64,000 bases of DNA from Cystobasidiomycetes sp. EMM_F5 (Eukaryota), in the NCBI GenBank assembly GCA_051047955.1, contig JBPGPT010000016.1:62001-126000 (forward strand). The letters are read 5' to 3'. Under the pieces are notes generated by a model, which did no database searches, was not told the DNA's origin, and saw only the letters and a program-made list of their open reading frames with translations. Of this stretch, positions 48,454 through 62,101 are shown piece by piece. Numbering within the stretch: position 1 is the stretch's first letter; each line of letters opens with the position of its first letter. The translations under genes were made by a program, and so were the position numbers.

Positions 48454-51400
48454 ATGGACGTGGATGTATCGCACACTGCTCAGGCTGGGCAGGGCAGTCA
48501 GCCAGAGCGGAATCCGGCTGTTGGCGACCCAAAGGTCGATCTCGCACACGGCACGCCATCCGACGTAGCGAAATCAGACAAACCTTCGACTCCGCCGCCC
48601 TCCTATGATACAGCGAATTATCGTAGACACTTCTTTCAGCTCTGGCGGAAGAAGAAGCCTCCTCCGAGCCCGCCGGCGAGCCTCGATGATGCTGATATCA
48701 TACCATTGGCGAGCGCGAGCTTCATTAACGAGTTCCTGTATATATGGATCGTGAGCATGTGGAATAATTCCCTTGATACGAAGTGACTGACGAATGATGA
48801 TTACTGCGACTTCGAAGAGTCCACTCATGAAGTTGGGTTACCAGAGACCGCTGCAAGGTCCGCAATCAACTCAGACGCACATCGTATTCGGCTGATATTC
48901 TACGTATTACGTTTCTGCATTCTCATTGCAGCAACTGACTTATGGAAGATCGACGAACCGAGAACGGCGGCTGTCCTTGCTGAGAAACTCGAATCGGCGT
49001 ACCTGCGCCGGCAGAAAGCTGCTCAAGAGTACAATGAACGTCTCGATGTTGGTCAAGTTCAACCTGGACGTATGCGGCGAGTATTCTGGATCTTTATGCG
49101 CGGCTCTACAGAAGAGAAACACGCCCGCTGGAAAAACAACGCCCGAAAAAAGGCTAGCCTTACAAGAGTCTTGTCAGAGGTCGGCGGAATGTGGTTCTGG
49201 CTGGGCGGCCTGTCTAAAGTCGTCGGAGACATGGCGATGCTGATGGGACCGCTGGTCAGTCGTCAATTAATTGAGTATGCTGCCGCCAAGAGCGCCGCCC
49301 GGGACGCTGGGCAGCCTTTACCATATATCGGCCCAGGCATAGGCGAAGCCATTGGCCTGTGTCTTTTGACGTGTGCGGCGTCCGTCTTCACGCACTTCTT
49401 CTTTTATCGCTCGTGCGTCTCGATTATCCCTGGTCGTCAGCGAATGCTAATTATGTGGAGAGCAGAGCAGCAACTGGTGTTCTGTTACGGGCTGCTCTGA
49501 CTACATCAATGTACCGCAAAGCTTTGGCCATCTCAAACCAGGCACGGGTGAAGCTCAACAATGGCAAGTTGATGGCACACCTTTCCACCGATATTTCTCG
49601 GATAGACTATGCTACGCAATGGTAAGCGGCAGCAATAGAACCCATTACGTGATGGCTGAAGATTCTTCCAGGATTCATGCCGTATGGACTGCCCCGATAC
49701 AGATAGCTGTCTGCGCCGTTCTTCTCATTGTGCAAATCGGCCCATCCGCCCTCGTCGGACTGGCTCTGTTTGCAATGCTTGTACCTTTGCAGAGCGTTAT
49801 CATGAGCTGGCAGATCAGAGAACGCAAGAAGAGTATGCACTGGACAGATGCGAGATCGCGGACGCTGCAAGAATTGCTCGGCAGTTTTGCGATCCTCAAG
49901 TACTTCGTCTTTGAAAGTGCCTACCTCAAGCGCATCAGCAATATTAGAGGGAACGAGCTCAAGGGAATCTGGAAGATCTCGTTGATCAAAGCTTTCAATC
50001 AGTCTCTCGCTTTATCGCTTCCAACGCTGGCCGCTGTCGTTTCCTTCATATGCTATGCTGGCTTGGGTAACGGCATTAATCCCGCACGCATCTTCACCTC
50101 TCTATCCCTATTTCAATTGCTTCGTCAACCCCTCATGTTCCTACCACGGGCTTTATCGGCTGCAGCCGACGCCTCTAACGCTATAAGTCGCTTGGAAGAG
50201 GTCTTTGAAGCCGAGCTAAGACAGGGTGGAAAGATTGTTGATAAAGGCTTAGAAGATGCCCTTGTCGTCGAAGACGCCACTTTCGAGTGGCTGTCCGCAG
50301 AACCGGATGAGGCCGACGTCAAATCGGCCAAGAAAGGCATGTTTACAAAGGCGCGCACGTCGAAAAAGGTAGAGATGAGTGAAAAGCAAGATTTCGATTC
50401 GGCAACTCCGCAGGCGCGTGAACCGTTTCGTGTCGTCAATCTAAATATGCGCGTGAAGCGTGGAGACCTTGTTGCAATTGTAGGTACAGTCGGTTGCGGT
50501 AAAAGCTCGATCTTGTCTGGTATCATTGGCGAGATGCGTACACTCAAGGGTAGCGTTCGCTTTGGCGGGAAAGTCGCATACTGTTCGCAAAGCGCATTCA
50601 TCCAAAATGCGACTCTGCGCGACAATGTTCTGTTTGGCCAGCCATGGGACGAAGATCGCTACTGGAAAGTGCTGGAGGACGCCTGTCTGATAGCCGACTG
50701 CCTGCAACTACCGGACGGTGATCTGACAGAGATCGGAGAACGCGGCATCAATATCTCTGGCGGTCAAAAACAGCGCGTCAACGTTGCGAGAGCGTTATAC
50801 TACGATGCAGACATTGTCATCTTTGACGATCCACTATCAGCTCTGGACGCGCATATCGGACAGGCTATGTTCGATCGGGCAATGATTAAAATGCTCAAAG
50901 GGAGCGGCAAGACCGTCATTCTAGTGACACATGCGTTGCACATCCGTAAGCTGAGTTGCTTTTTCGACGCCGACGGCGCGCTAATGGCCTTTTCGCGGTG
51001 TTATAGTGTCTCGGGTCGATTATGTCTAGTCCGTTTCCGCATGTTTTTGAAGCGCTCAAATGCTAATATTGGATACTTCAAACAGCACCATTGTCGACGG
51101 GCACATTGTTGAGCAAGGAACCTACCAGCAACTGGCGGACACGAATGGTGCATTTGCACTGCTGATGCGTGACTTCGGGGGTGCCAAAGAAGACACTGAT
51201 GAAAAGCTCGCTGGCCAGGAGGAAGAAGCCATTGAGTCGATAGCAAAGGCCACTGTTGGACAAGATCAGCAGCAGAGTCAGAGAGAAGCTGCTTACGATA
51301 AGAGCGCCGCCAAACTTGCTGCCGGTACAGGCAAATTCGAGGGCCGCTTGATGCAGCAGGAAAAACGGTCAACTGGTTCCATAGGCTGGAAAGTGTATAG

Positions 51401-53711
51401 AGCATATCTCAGTAGCGCAAAGGGATGGATTACAGTTCCGTTGGTTATTGCAAGCAGTGTCCTCATGCAAGGTGGGTTCATCAATGCCGCACGAGATACA
51501 AGTACACTGAGCTGCTCTCACAGGCGCTCAAGTGATGTCCGCTCTGTGGTTGACATACTGGGAGAATGATGATTTTTCGAAACCTCTTGGCTTTTACGTA
51601 CGTCGTTTACCTTCTCTCCGCACTCTAGAATATACGGCTGATAGCAATGGTCAGATGGGCATTTACGCCACTGTTGGGTCGGTACTTCCACGTCTACGAC
51701 GCCCAAAACATTTCGTTGACCGTCGTTATAGTGTACTCCAAGCCGTCTTTACATTCACGATGGGTGCATACATTGCGCTTCTAACATATTTTGCTTCCGC
51801 TGGCATGCATCATAAGGCTATACAAAGGATTTTCTTCGCTGTGCGCTCAATATTAAGCTTGCTGTTTGCGCTTTACTGATCGATTCGCTTCATCAGCCAA
51901 TGTCATTCTTCCATACCACTCCGCTTGGACGAATACTCGGTGTTTTCGGCAAGGACATAGACGTTTTGGACTCTCTCTTGGCTGATAGCTTACGGAGTAA
52001 GGCGAAAGTCGGTCCCTGTAATGGCTATGCTAACTCAGTCGTCCTCCTGCAGTGGCTACGATGATATTTGGCAACGTGATCTCGTCGGTCATTATCGTAG
52101 CATATTTCTTCCCCTATTTTTTGATTGCTATGGTTGTGGTGATCTTCGGAGTGAGCAACAGCTGATTAATTGGTTACGAACAGACTGACCTTTTCTGCAG
52201 TATGCGCATTTCTGGCTATACTATCGTGCGTCATCAAGAGAACTGAAGCGCTTGGATTCCATGCTTCGAGGCCTTCTATACGGCCACTTCAGCGAGTCTT
52301 TATCTGGTCTAGCAACAATTCGCGCATATGACAAAGAAGAATACTTCAAGCGCAACAACGCAAAGTTCGTGGATCTCGAAGATAGAGCCTATCTCCTGAC
52401 TACAGTCAATCAGCGATGGCTGTCCATTCGAATCGATGCGATGGGCTCCTTGATGACGCTGGCAGTGGCTATTATGGCTGCTGTGGGCATCAACGGTATC
52501 TCAGCTGCGCAGGTCGGATTGGTCTTGACATTCACCGTGACGATGACGCAATCATTTGGCATGGTTACGCGCCAGACTGCCGAAGTGGAGAACAACATGA
52601 ACGCTACGGAAAGAATACAATCATACAGCTCAGATAGACTGCCTCAGGAAGCGGCGCATTCTGTGCCTGATAGGGAGCCTGCACAAGATTGGCCGTCAGC
52701 TGGGGAGATCGTTCTAGACAAGGTCACTATGGCCTACCGGCCAGAACTGCCACCGGTCCTGAAGCAAATGTGAATATTGAATTAGCTGCAATGGTGGTAT
52801 GGCGTTAGCTGAGCTCATCAGCACAGATCGGCTCGCATACTGCCGCACGAAAAAATTGGCATTGTTGGGCGTACTGGAGCTGGCAAAAGTGTAGGTGTAC
52901 AGCAGTATCGACAGCGCACTCTGGCTGACGGCATGTGTCTGTAGTCGATTATGCAAGCTCTTTTTCGTATGGTCGAATTGTCCTCGGGTCAGATCGTCAT
53001 CGACGGCGTGGACATCGCTAAGATCGGGCTTGATACGCTCCGATCGCGTATGGCCATCATTCCGCAGGAACCGCAACTATTTAGCGGTACCATTCGGTCA
53101 AATTTGGACCCCTTCTCGCAATACGATGACGCTCGCTTACACGATGCGATGAAGAGAGCATACTTGCTGGACGACACTAGCTCTGTCGACCACTCGGATG
53201 AGGACCTATCCAGCCCCGAACGCGACTCCACGGAGGTTCGGCAGCGATTCACACTGGAGACTGAAATTGACGATGGCGGCGAAAACCTGTCCGTCGGGGA
53301 ACGCAGTCTCGTCAGTTTGGCGCGTGCGCTCGTCAAAGATAGCCAAATCATAGTGCTCGATGAATGCACAGCTAGTGTCGATCTGGAGACGGATGCTAAG
53401 ATCCAGCAAACGATCGGTCGAGAGTTCGCTGACAAGACTTTGCTTTGCATAGGTAAGTTTTGCTGGTTCTCGAGTCTGTGTAGCACTTGCTGAACAGGTA
53501 TACAGCACATCGACTCCGGACAATCATAGGCTATACACGCATCATGGTACTTGAAACCGGGGAGATAGTTGAATTCGGAACCCCCCTCGATTTGTTCCGC
53601 AAAGAGGGCATATTCAAGTCGCTGTGCGAGCAGTCAGCCATCGAAGAAGCGGACATTCTCAAAGCACAGCATCAGTCAGCTTCTCACGCTTTAACTGTTG
53701 GCTCAAAATAG
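48454..53711 (+). CDS. ABCC/MRP-family ABC transporter, Yor1-like (many exons)
   Basis: NBD1: [27 protein letters not shown]2: [28 protein letters not shown]. Two TMDs and no TMD0. Confidence 0.95.
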
Positions 53712-53860
53712 ACGAAACATCATAAGTATCTTTGCTGTAGTAGTCTCGTAATGTAGCATAGCTGTCATGCAGTTGAGCGTGTTAAGTGCCAACATTGTGT
53801 ACATTCAGTAGACATGATTTTAGTAATGCCGACAGGCTTGAGTGGCCACGCAAAGGCTTG

Positions 53861-56598
53861 CTAACTCGCTATGCGAGCCGCCTCTCTTCGCCACACGAGG
53901 ACTTCGTAGTCGTCCTTGATATTCACTTCGGAGCCGCCGTAGGGTATCCGCGCACCCAGCGTATTGGGGCCAGTGTAGCCTGGCGTGCGTACGCCTTCAT
54001 GCCAGGCGCAAGCAAAGTACAACGGAGTGCGACCGTCGCGCTCAATGCCCGCTTGTACCGGCGCTATTAATCACAATGCGGTTAGCTAGATGACGCCGTC
54101 CGCTCGGTAGAGACGCAACATACTCTCAGTGGGTGGCATAGTACTGTTAGATGCCCGCACCCATTTGTGTATCGCAGGGTTCTCGAGGAATGTTTCATAC
54201 TTGTCATCCTTCGTCAGTGTGTACTCTGAGCCTTCCCAAGCCACTCGAACGGGGCCCTTCAGTGTCGGGCACAGCTTGGCAGGAATTTGCGCTCCGGAAG
54301 CGTGGTGATAGATTGCCAGAAAAACTGCGTGTCCATCATGGTCCCGAGTCGAGGCAATCGAGGAAGGATATTTTGGCTGCTGATCTCCCCTCAAGATCTG
54401 ACGGTCCGTGAAACTCTCTACGCTGGGTAGTGGCTGAAGAGGCTGCGGCATCGGAGGTGGCTTCTCTGGCGGGTCTGCCGTGATTTCGTTGAACTTGTCG
54501 CCGATATCGGAAAAGCCCTTTTTGATTGACGAGAAGAAGCCACCGCCAGATGAAGCAGGTGCAGGCGCGGCGCGGGAGGGCTGAGTTTGTCGAAGTGACT
54601 GTGGACTACTGTTGTTTGCGGAAGCGCTTAAAGGAGCAGGTTGATGATATAACGATCCAGGGACCGGCGGAGTCCGTTGTAGCTCGGCATTATACCAGTC
54701 TCGCGCATACGACTCTGCCACATCTTTCGAGCAGATGATACACACCCAATCTGTGGGACGGATTCGACTCCGCATATGTCTGCCAGGAACACCCTGCCAC
54801 GGTGCACGAAGCAGACCCTGCTCTTCCGCGCCCACTACCACAGGTTGGGGAGAGTTGCGGACACCGTACGCCACGACAGCGTGGTAAAAGTCGTTCAGAT
54901 TCATGTTCTTCTGCTTTTGCAACCATACATCGAATGCACGTATCCTGTCCGTGTCACCGTTGAAAAGCGCAGGCATGAAGGTTCCGATGGAGTCGTAATC
55001 CGCGCCAACTCCAAAGAAGTTGTTAAATGTTGACGTCAGAAGTCCTTGACGCGGGGGCATGGTATAGGCGTCCAGACGCTTGAACTCTCTAGCCTTGTTT
55101 TCTGCATACGCATCAATATATCAGTAAAGCTATTCATGGTCGGATTGCAGCTGATGACACTGACGACGTATCGGACCACAATAGCCTAGCAAATTTGTGC
55201 AAAAGTGTTCGGAGCATATGGCGCAAGTATCTTGGGGATATTCTCGTCGGTCTCGTATGGGTATCAGGTTTGGCCTCCTACAATTGAAGCACTGGGTATG
55301 GTCTCTTGGCATATTTGCCGGAGTACGCGGTATAGGCGGAGGAGCATTCGCTCCCGTTGGCCCAGTAAAGCTGAATGAGTACATGAGTCGCGGGTCTGGG
55401 ATTGGGTGCTGGCAGAGGTAACCGTATGGATTGCCAGGCTGACATGTTGGACATGGAAAATAGTAGCGCAGTAGGAGATTCAGTTCATCAATTGGGTTGA
55501 GGAGGACCATCGGCCTCATTGGGAAAGCTTGTCGGCCGCCCAGCATCGCTGCCTGCTGAGCTTGAGTGGCTTGGACCATCTGCCCATCGTTTCCTCCGTC
55601 CTGCTGCCCCCGATCATCGCGCGCGGACGATCCAGCAGCTTGCACAAGATCAATAGTAGCACCGGGATGGTAGATTCTCTGCATCTCTTCCTTCTCGTCA
55701 GCTGTTCGATCCTGACTCGGATCCATCCGGATGAGCACGTCACGCAGGGAATTGTGCTGGTGAGAGTCCTTTGTCGCCCGAGCGGGAGATCGACAAGTTG
55801 GACATTCTGGAGCACTTCGGTGATTTGACACCCATTGTATCAGGCAGGATCCGCAAAAGGTGTGGAGACAGTCGAGGACTGTTTGTGCGTGGTACAGCGA
55901 AAGCGAAAAGTGAAGTTGTGGAAGGAGTAAGAGCGGAGGAATGCGTAACGAGGGAGCAGTCATTCAGTATAATCCAGAAACTAATCGAACTGCTAAACTG
56001 ACCTGAGACTGGTTGAAACACAATTTCGCGACAGATGGCTGCAAAAACGTGGCGACTAGTCAGTTTGCCTTTGTTACATACATCTTATGCACATCTGGAC
56101 GCTAATTCTCCACCATATGGCAAACTCACAGCACTCGAGCTGTTCCGACAAGCTCTTTACAAGGTCATTCGGTGTCGATGATGCAGCTGGATTTGGAGCT
56201 GATATGGTCGCTCCGGTACTCAATGTAGCAGCAAGTGCTTCTACCTGCGTATTCGAAACCGATGGCAATGTCTGGCAATGATGGATACTTCCATCAGCTA
56301 ATGACGCACTTTCGCCGTGACTTCCGCGGGGGTGTCGAATACTCACTGAGTTGGCAGCCTGCACACTGTTGATGGACTGCCTTGAAGCTGCCCCAGCCTG
56401 CGCCTCATCGCCGTCACTTTCGTCTTCCACATCATCCCGGCCAGACTGGGTTGACGCGGGACCGGTTGGCGATAGCGGCACTTCACCTCGCAGTCGTGCG
56501 GCGGCGGCTGCTGCTGCTCTCTCTGCTCTTATCCGCTGCTCGTTAGGCTGCCCAGAACTACTTGAGCTCGCTTGCGCGACACCGTCGTCGACTCCCAT
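53861..56598 (-). CDS. CHFR-like C3HC4 RING E3 ligase with a Cys-rich domain, fused to C-terminal DM9 (DUF3421) repeats (5 exons)
   Basis: Spliced RING LECSICREIVFQPVSVLDCLHTFCGSC...CPTCR. Cys-rich region CPTC..C..QCFNC..CAICSEHFC..C..VCIIC. DM9 repeat WVRASNSTMP..PVQAGIERDGRTPLYF..PGYTG..ARIPYGGSEV..YEVLVW. Confidence 0.8.
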
Positions 56599-57047
56599 GG
56601 TGTAAATCGTAATGAGCTTAGCCTCTATTGACGAGACTGCTTCCAGGTGTTGTGCGATATTTGGTGGACTGTTGGTCGTATGTCGTAATGAATCGCAGGC
56701 CGAATCTACAGAAGTCGGTGTTGCAACGAAGGGGAGCAACGTCGTCACTTTAGCGATGCCTTGGCGGAAAGAGCGACAACTTTACAATCAGATTGTAATG
56801 CTTTATACGGGGCAGGCAGCCCTCGGACACAGACATGTGTCACGCTAATAAAGCCATCCACTCAGCGCTGTTTGCTGCTGTTTGCAATGTTCCAGTGTTC
56901 ATTCGGCACATGCATGCGGTTGCCGTGTGGCGACATACCCCGGATGATGCGATCTGCAAGACAGCGCTGAGACTCTTTGGATCTAAACCAAAATACCTGA
57001 AGCAAAATATACAATAAACACATCAAACCACAAAAGCCATCGCAGAC

Positions 57048-58310
57048 ATGGCCTGGCCAGAGATCAAGTGGGCATGGTTTGCGAGTCGCAGCTCAGCTCT
57101 TCGCTGACACCAACTTCCCGCAATCAGACTCAACACCGGTGCAAAGATCCCGTCGATAGGTTTTGGTTCGGCCGGCGTATGTCTACGTGTCCATACTCCA
57201 TCATCTGACCACTTTCTGATGCTCGTTAGGTACCTGGAAGATACCTCAAGAGAACACTGTACAGAATGTCATCTCGGCCTTCTCCGCTGGCTTTGTGCAC
57301 ATTGACACGGCGCAGGCGTACGGCAATGAAGAGCAAGTCGGACAGGCTCTCAAGCAGGCTTCCCTTCACGCCGAGAAACACGGTCATCCGCACCCTCAAG
57401 TATGGGTAACAACCAAATACTCTGGCAGACCATGGGGAAATGGCCAGTCTATTGATCCCTTGACCAGCGTCAAGCAGTCTCTGCAGAAACTCGGCGTACA
57501 CGCTCTCGATTTATACCTCGTCCACACGCCTCGCCTTTTTGCCGAGACTGGCATTGCCGAAGGATGGAAGCACATTGAGGATCTCCAGAAGCATGGCTAT
57601 ACCAAGAGCATTGGAGTTAGCAACTTTACTCTTGACGACATGCGAGAACTGCTCGAGGGCAAGCGATCTGCTGATGTGCAAGAAAAGTACACTGACAATG
57701 GCTATGACATCGAAAAGAAGGGACATCACCACCACAGTGGTCCGCACATCGTACCTTCAGTCAATCAGATTGAACTCCACCCATACGTGTGGGCAAAGTA
57801 CAAGGAGAATGTCGAGTACTGCCAGTCCAAGGGTGTCGTTATCGAAGCCTACTCTCCGCTAAAGCCCCTTACAAGCTACCCCGGTGGTCCAGTCGATGCT
57901 CCGGTCAATTCGATCGCAGAAAAGCTGGGTGTCAAGCCAGAGCAAGTCCTGCTCGCCTGGATCAAGAGCAAGGGAGCCGTCGCCTTGACGTGAGCGAACT
58001 TAGCATTTTTCATTAAGCCCTATTTGAATTATGGCTCATTGTGACTTGCTCTTGATAACAACACAGTACCTCGAGATCGCCAGAGCGCCTCGAAGCTTAC
58101 ATCTCAGCAGGCTCCATCGAGCTAGACGAGAACGATGTTCGAGCGATCGAAGAGGCTGGAGCACAGGGACCACCCGGGTCTATTACGACCATCAAGAAAT
58201 TGCGACTCTCGACGACCACAAAAGCTGTGATTTTACTGTTATGGTTTTTGGCAGGCGTCTTCTGGTGGTCAGGCGTGCAATTGTTCCTCAGCTCCCTGTG
58301 CGGAAAGTGA
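57048..58310 (+). CDS. Aldo-keto reductase with a hydrophobic C-terminal tail (4 exons)
   Basis: LNTGAKIPSIGFGTW, HIDTAQAYGNE, WVTTK, LDLYLVHTP, SIGVSNF, VNQIELHP. The catalytic D/Y/K/H residues are present. Confidence 0.93.
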
Positions 58311-58438
58311 GCCACATAGACCGACCGCTGTTCATTAGCTTCTCGCGTGTGATGAGCATACCTACGTTGTGCCAAGCCCTCTCACATCAATATGAAACTT
58401 GAGTACGGTACAAATTTTGGGGACAGCATATGTAGCAG

Positions 58439-59267
58439 CTAATAATACGACGCAACACCTTCATCTGAACTTTCAGACATTGTCATACCGAATGCTTGGA
58501 ATTTACTCTCCCTCGTCTGTCTCATTGACCAGTCTGCAAAGTAGGGAATGATGGCCATAGATCTCGCCCTCCTGACGGCCTTTCCCATCCTTCTTTGGTT
58601 CGTCCAGGTCAACTGCGTCTGCGCGCGGTTCATGATCTTGCCAAAGTTTGTGACGTAGCGGGACAGAAGTTCTGTATTCATAGATTCCTTGAGCGGGTCA
58701 ATGTTCCCAGAGCGCAAAAACCAGTCGGTCTGCTTTGATCTGGCGCTGGAAGGCCCCAACGAGGTATTTGCCAAAACAGTATTTGGCTTGCGCTGTCCGA
58801 CAATAGGTGGGAACATTCGCTTGTACGTGAGGTCGCCAGGACGCAGCGGCTGGAGATAGACAATGTAAAGAAGCACGGGTGAAGCATCGGTACGTGAGTA
58901 AGGCTGTATGCGTATGGCAGCAATAGGCGCTCACCTTGCTCTCGTACAGCGATACAATTCGTACGCCTTCTTCGTTGCGTATTTGCTTTTCTGCATCAAA
59001 TGCTATCTTCAATATCGCCGGCCTGACCAACGGTGGATCTAGTAGACCCAACTCACGTCGGACTGTGTCGACCGTGCTCCCACGAGCATATCCTTTCTCC
59101 GCAGCTTCGTCAATCACCCGGACTAGACCTTGGAGGTCGCCCTGCGTAGTATTGGAGGCGCCGGCTCTGCTGGCATACTTGCGAACGATACGCCGTACCG
59201 TCATGCTGGCTGTAAGGGAACTGGTGCCCGGGCCCATGCATAGCCTACAGGCTGAATTCGCAGACAT
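58439..59267 (-). CDS. RSM18: Mitochondrial ribosomal protein bS18m (2 exons)
   Basis: DPLKESMNTELLSRYVTNFGKIMNRAQTQLTWTNQRRMGKAVRRARSMAIIP, with a basic presequence-like N-terminus. Confidence 0.88.
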
Positions 59268-59481
59268 CTTGGGTGTCTCTTGTCAGGCCGGAAAGATGAG
59301 CACGGTTTCTTCGAGCTGTAGGGCAGTGTATGCAAAGATCAGGTATATCATTAAACCGCAAACCAGACAAGAAAACATGACACAACCGCTTGCGGCTTCG
59401 ACCATCGACCATTGCTTCATTTCCATTGGAACATCTGACTATACAAAAATCCGCCGAGCTCCAATGGCCTGTACAATTACC

Positions 59482-62101
59482 TTACGCCTGGCTTTGACCA
59501 GGACCTGGCCGTACGAGGCGCCTCGAATTCCCTCCACCTGGTCCGGCTCGCTTTCGTCCCAAGTCTTTGCGCGTATAGTGTGGTTTCCAGCTCTCTTGTT
59601 CAAATAACGGACGACGTGGATACGGAATGTCGCTCTTGTAATCTTTGGCAGGATCGAGTGTTCGCATCAGTCCAACAGCGGATGAATGCGTCAGGTCATC
59701 CGAGGAGCCTCCGTTGCCACTGTCCGATGCAGATCCGGAAGTGACTGAGGTAATGACGGAGCCAACACTTGACAATGCCCTTGCTGGAAGTGAAGCATGA
59801 GGGGGCTCGTCCACCTTGTGATTCTGCTGCAGCTGTTCGGCCCCCGATCCTTTGCTACTTGCGCGTTCGCCGTCTGATGACGTTGGCGTGTCGCTAGATC
59901 CGCCAGACTCGCCTCTGACACTATACGAAGGCCGCATGGACGACAGTCTCGTCGAGGAGTTCCCGTCCGACACAGAAGACCCGTTGCCGCGACCCCCACT
60001 CCAATTTTTGTCACTCAGATAATTCCTCTCCGAGAAGAATGTAGAATGTTGCCCCACCATACGAGAAGGCGTAGACGTGCCGGAGCCGCCCGGTGTCAAT
60101 GTAGACTTGACACCTCCCTTCTCGCGCTGATTGCCGTTGCTAGATTGCCTCGGCTTGCTGGGCTTTTGGGCATTGTCCTTGTCTTGCGGGCCGGGCAAGA
60201 ATCTCCGCCACTCACGCTCATCCATCAACCAAGGAGTATGAATTTTCGTGGCTGGGACATTTACGAGTTGCGGAATCCACGTGCGGACATACACGCCAGT
60301 CGGGTCGTAGTCTCTTGCTTGTTTGATAGGATTAAATTGTCGGGAAGCTCGAGGATCGTTTCCGACCCCAGCCACATATTGCCAATTGCCATAGTTTGCA
60401 GTCGGATCGTAGTCCACAAGACTGGTAATAACGCCGTTCAGGTGACTATCGAAAAGAGAGTAACTTCGGACTCACTGAGACTCAAAGAACTCTGCGCCTA
60501 TTCGCCAATCATAATACAGATCCTTTGTTAGAAAGCTAGCCACGTTTTGTCGGCCTCGATTACTCATGAACCCAGTCTCACGGAGTTCAACCATATTGGC
60601 GTCAAGGAATGGTATACCAGTCCGCCCACACAGCCATGCCTTGAGCTTCTCGTCGTCCGGATTCCAATCATTCCAGTCGTCTCGCTTCTTTTCGGCTTGT
60701 TTTGGATCCGTAATCCCCTCAAATCCCTCGATGTTGAATAGATGGTCTCCGAATTTCTCAGAAACATACAGGAAGTAGTCTCTCCATAAGAGTTCGAAAC
60801 GAACCCAGTATGTGTTCTGGTTTGATCCATACTTCTCTTCGTGAGCATCGAGTGCAGCGTAAATTTGACGCGCGGAGATACAGCCAATCGAGAGGAAGGG
60901 TGACATTTTTGTGGAGTAAGCATGACCTACGAGCATATTTCGGGTTTCCTTGTAAGTCGCTACGGGTGGCGGCTGGCCGGTAGTGAAATAGTATTCCAGT
61001 CTGTCCAAAGCACACGTTTCACCTCCACCCCAAGGAAAGGCACTACTTCTGTGCTTTGGATTATTTGGATCTCCGTATTTAGATTCATACGTGTCGGTAA
61101 GGGGCAGGAGGAGATGCTTCAGAACTCCAGCCATCCCAAGCCCTTCGACTTGACGGCCGTAATTAGGATCATCTACAATCTTGTCATCTTCCGACTCGGG
61201 AAAGGGTAGAAAGCGTTCTAGATCAGGTATAAGAGGTCTGACCATAGCCTTGCCAAGAGCCTCGACCCGCTTGCGGAAGGGGGTGAAGACGTCGGGAGTG
61301 TCCTTAACGTCGAACGGGATATCGTCGCGGTGGATCAGATGCTTGCTATGATGGAACCGTATCGGCGGACAGCCAAGTCGAAGCAGTCGCTTTGCGAGCG
61401 ATCGCTCGACCTGGACTTCTTCCGAGCAAATCTCCTTCTGCATTTCCAAGCCGACAACCTCATCCCCGCGAGCCTGCAAGGCTTTTATGACATTCTCCAC
61501 TACCTCATCGACTTGTCCAAATCGGATAAGCAGATCACTGCCACGCTCACGAAGCCGATTCTGTAGATCATAAACGGCTTCGGTCTGAAACCTGTGTTCA
61601 CATTCACTCTCTTCTGAGTCAAAGTTTAGGGTTAATGATGAGCAAACATTACACGTACCTTGCGCGTATGACACCAGTTCGCCAGAATTTGCATACGTGG
61701 GTTCTGGCTTCTTTACATTTTCGTTTGTAACCAGGCAGGCCAGAGCACTCTATCTGCCGCTCATCAAACACATATAGCGCGAGGACGTGCGTAGGCTGTG
61801 CTTCATGCTTATGTGCATGATATATGACGGGATTATCGAGTATCCTGTATTTTCATTCGAAAATACATTAGCTTCATACACGATGAGATTGACAGCGGCC
61901 AAATCAGACAGCCAGCAGATATACTGACCTCAGATCATTGCGCGGTAGCAGAATGACAATGCGACGTCCACTATGATGACTGGAACTGCCACCGTCATGT
62001 ATGCGAAGAGCCGTTCGCGAAGTCTCAGCCAATGAAGCCGCAACGTCGGTCGATGATGGTGATGTCACCCCATTCCGTTGTGCTGATTGGGCGGGCCACA
62101 T
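59482..62101 (-). CDS. Cryptochrome DASH (photolyase/cryptochrome family), 4 exons
   Basis: [89 protein letters not shown]. Confidence 0.93.

Noticed and set aside
53355..53385. DECTAS instead of DEATAS after the Walker B motif of NBD2
   Set aside because: The catalytic Asp-Glu is intact. This is a minor substitution and not evidence of altered function.
3156..56598. Functional gene cluster (ubiquitin/endocytosis, or mannoprotein/GT32/lectin theme)
   Set aside because: The genes are interspersed with unrelated housekeeping genes and belong to common categories. No shared regulatory motif is evident, so this is probably chance.
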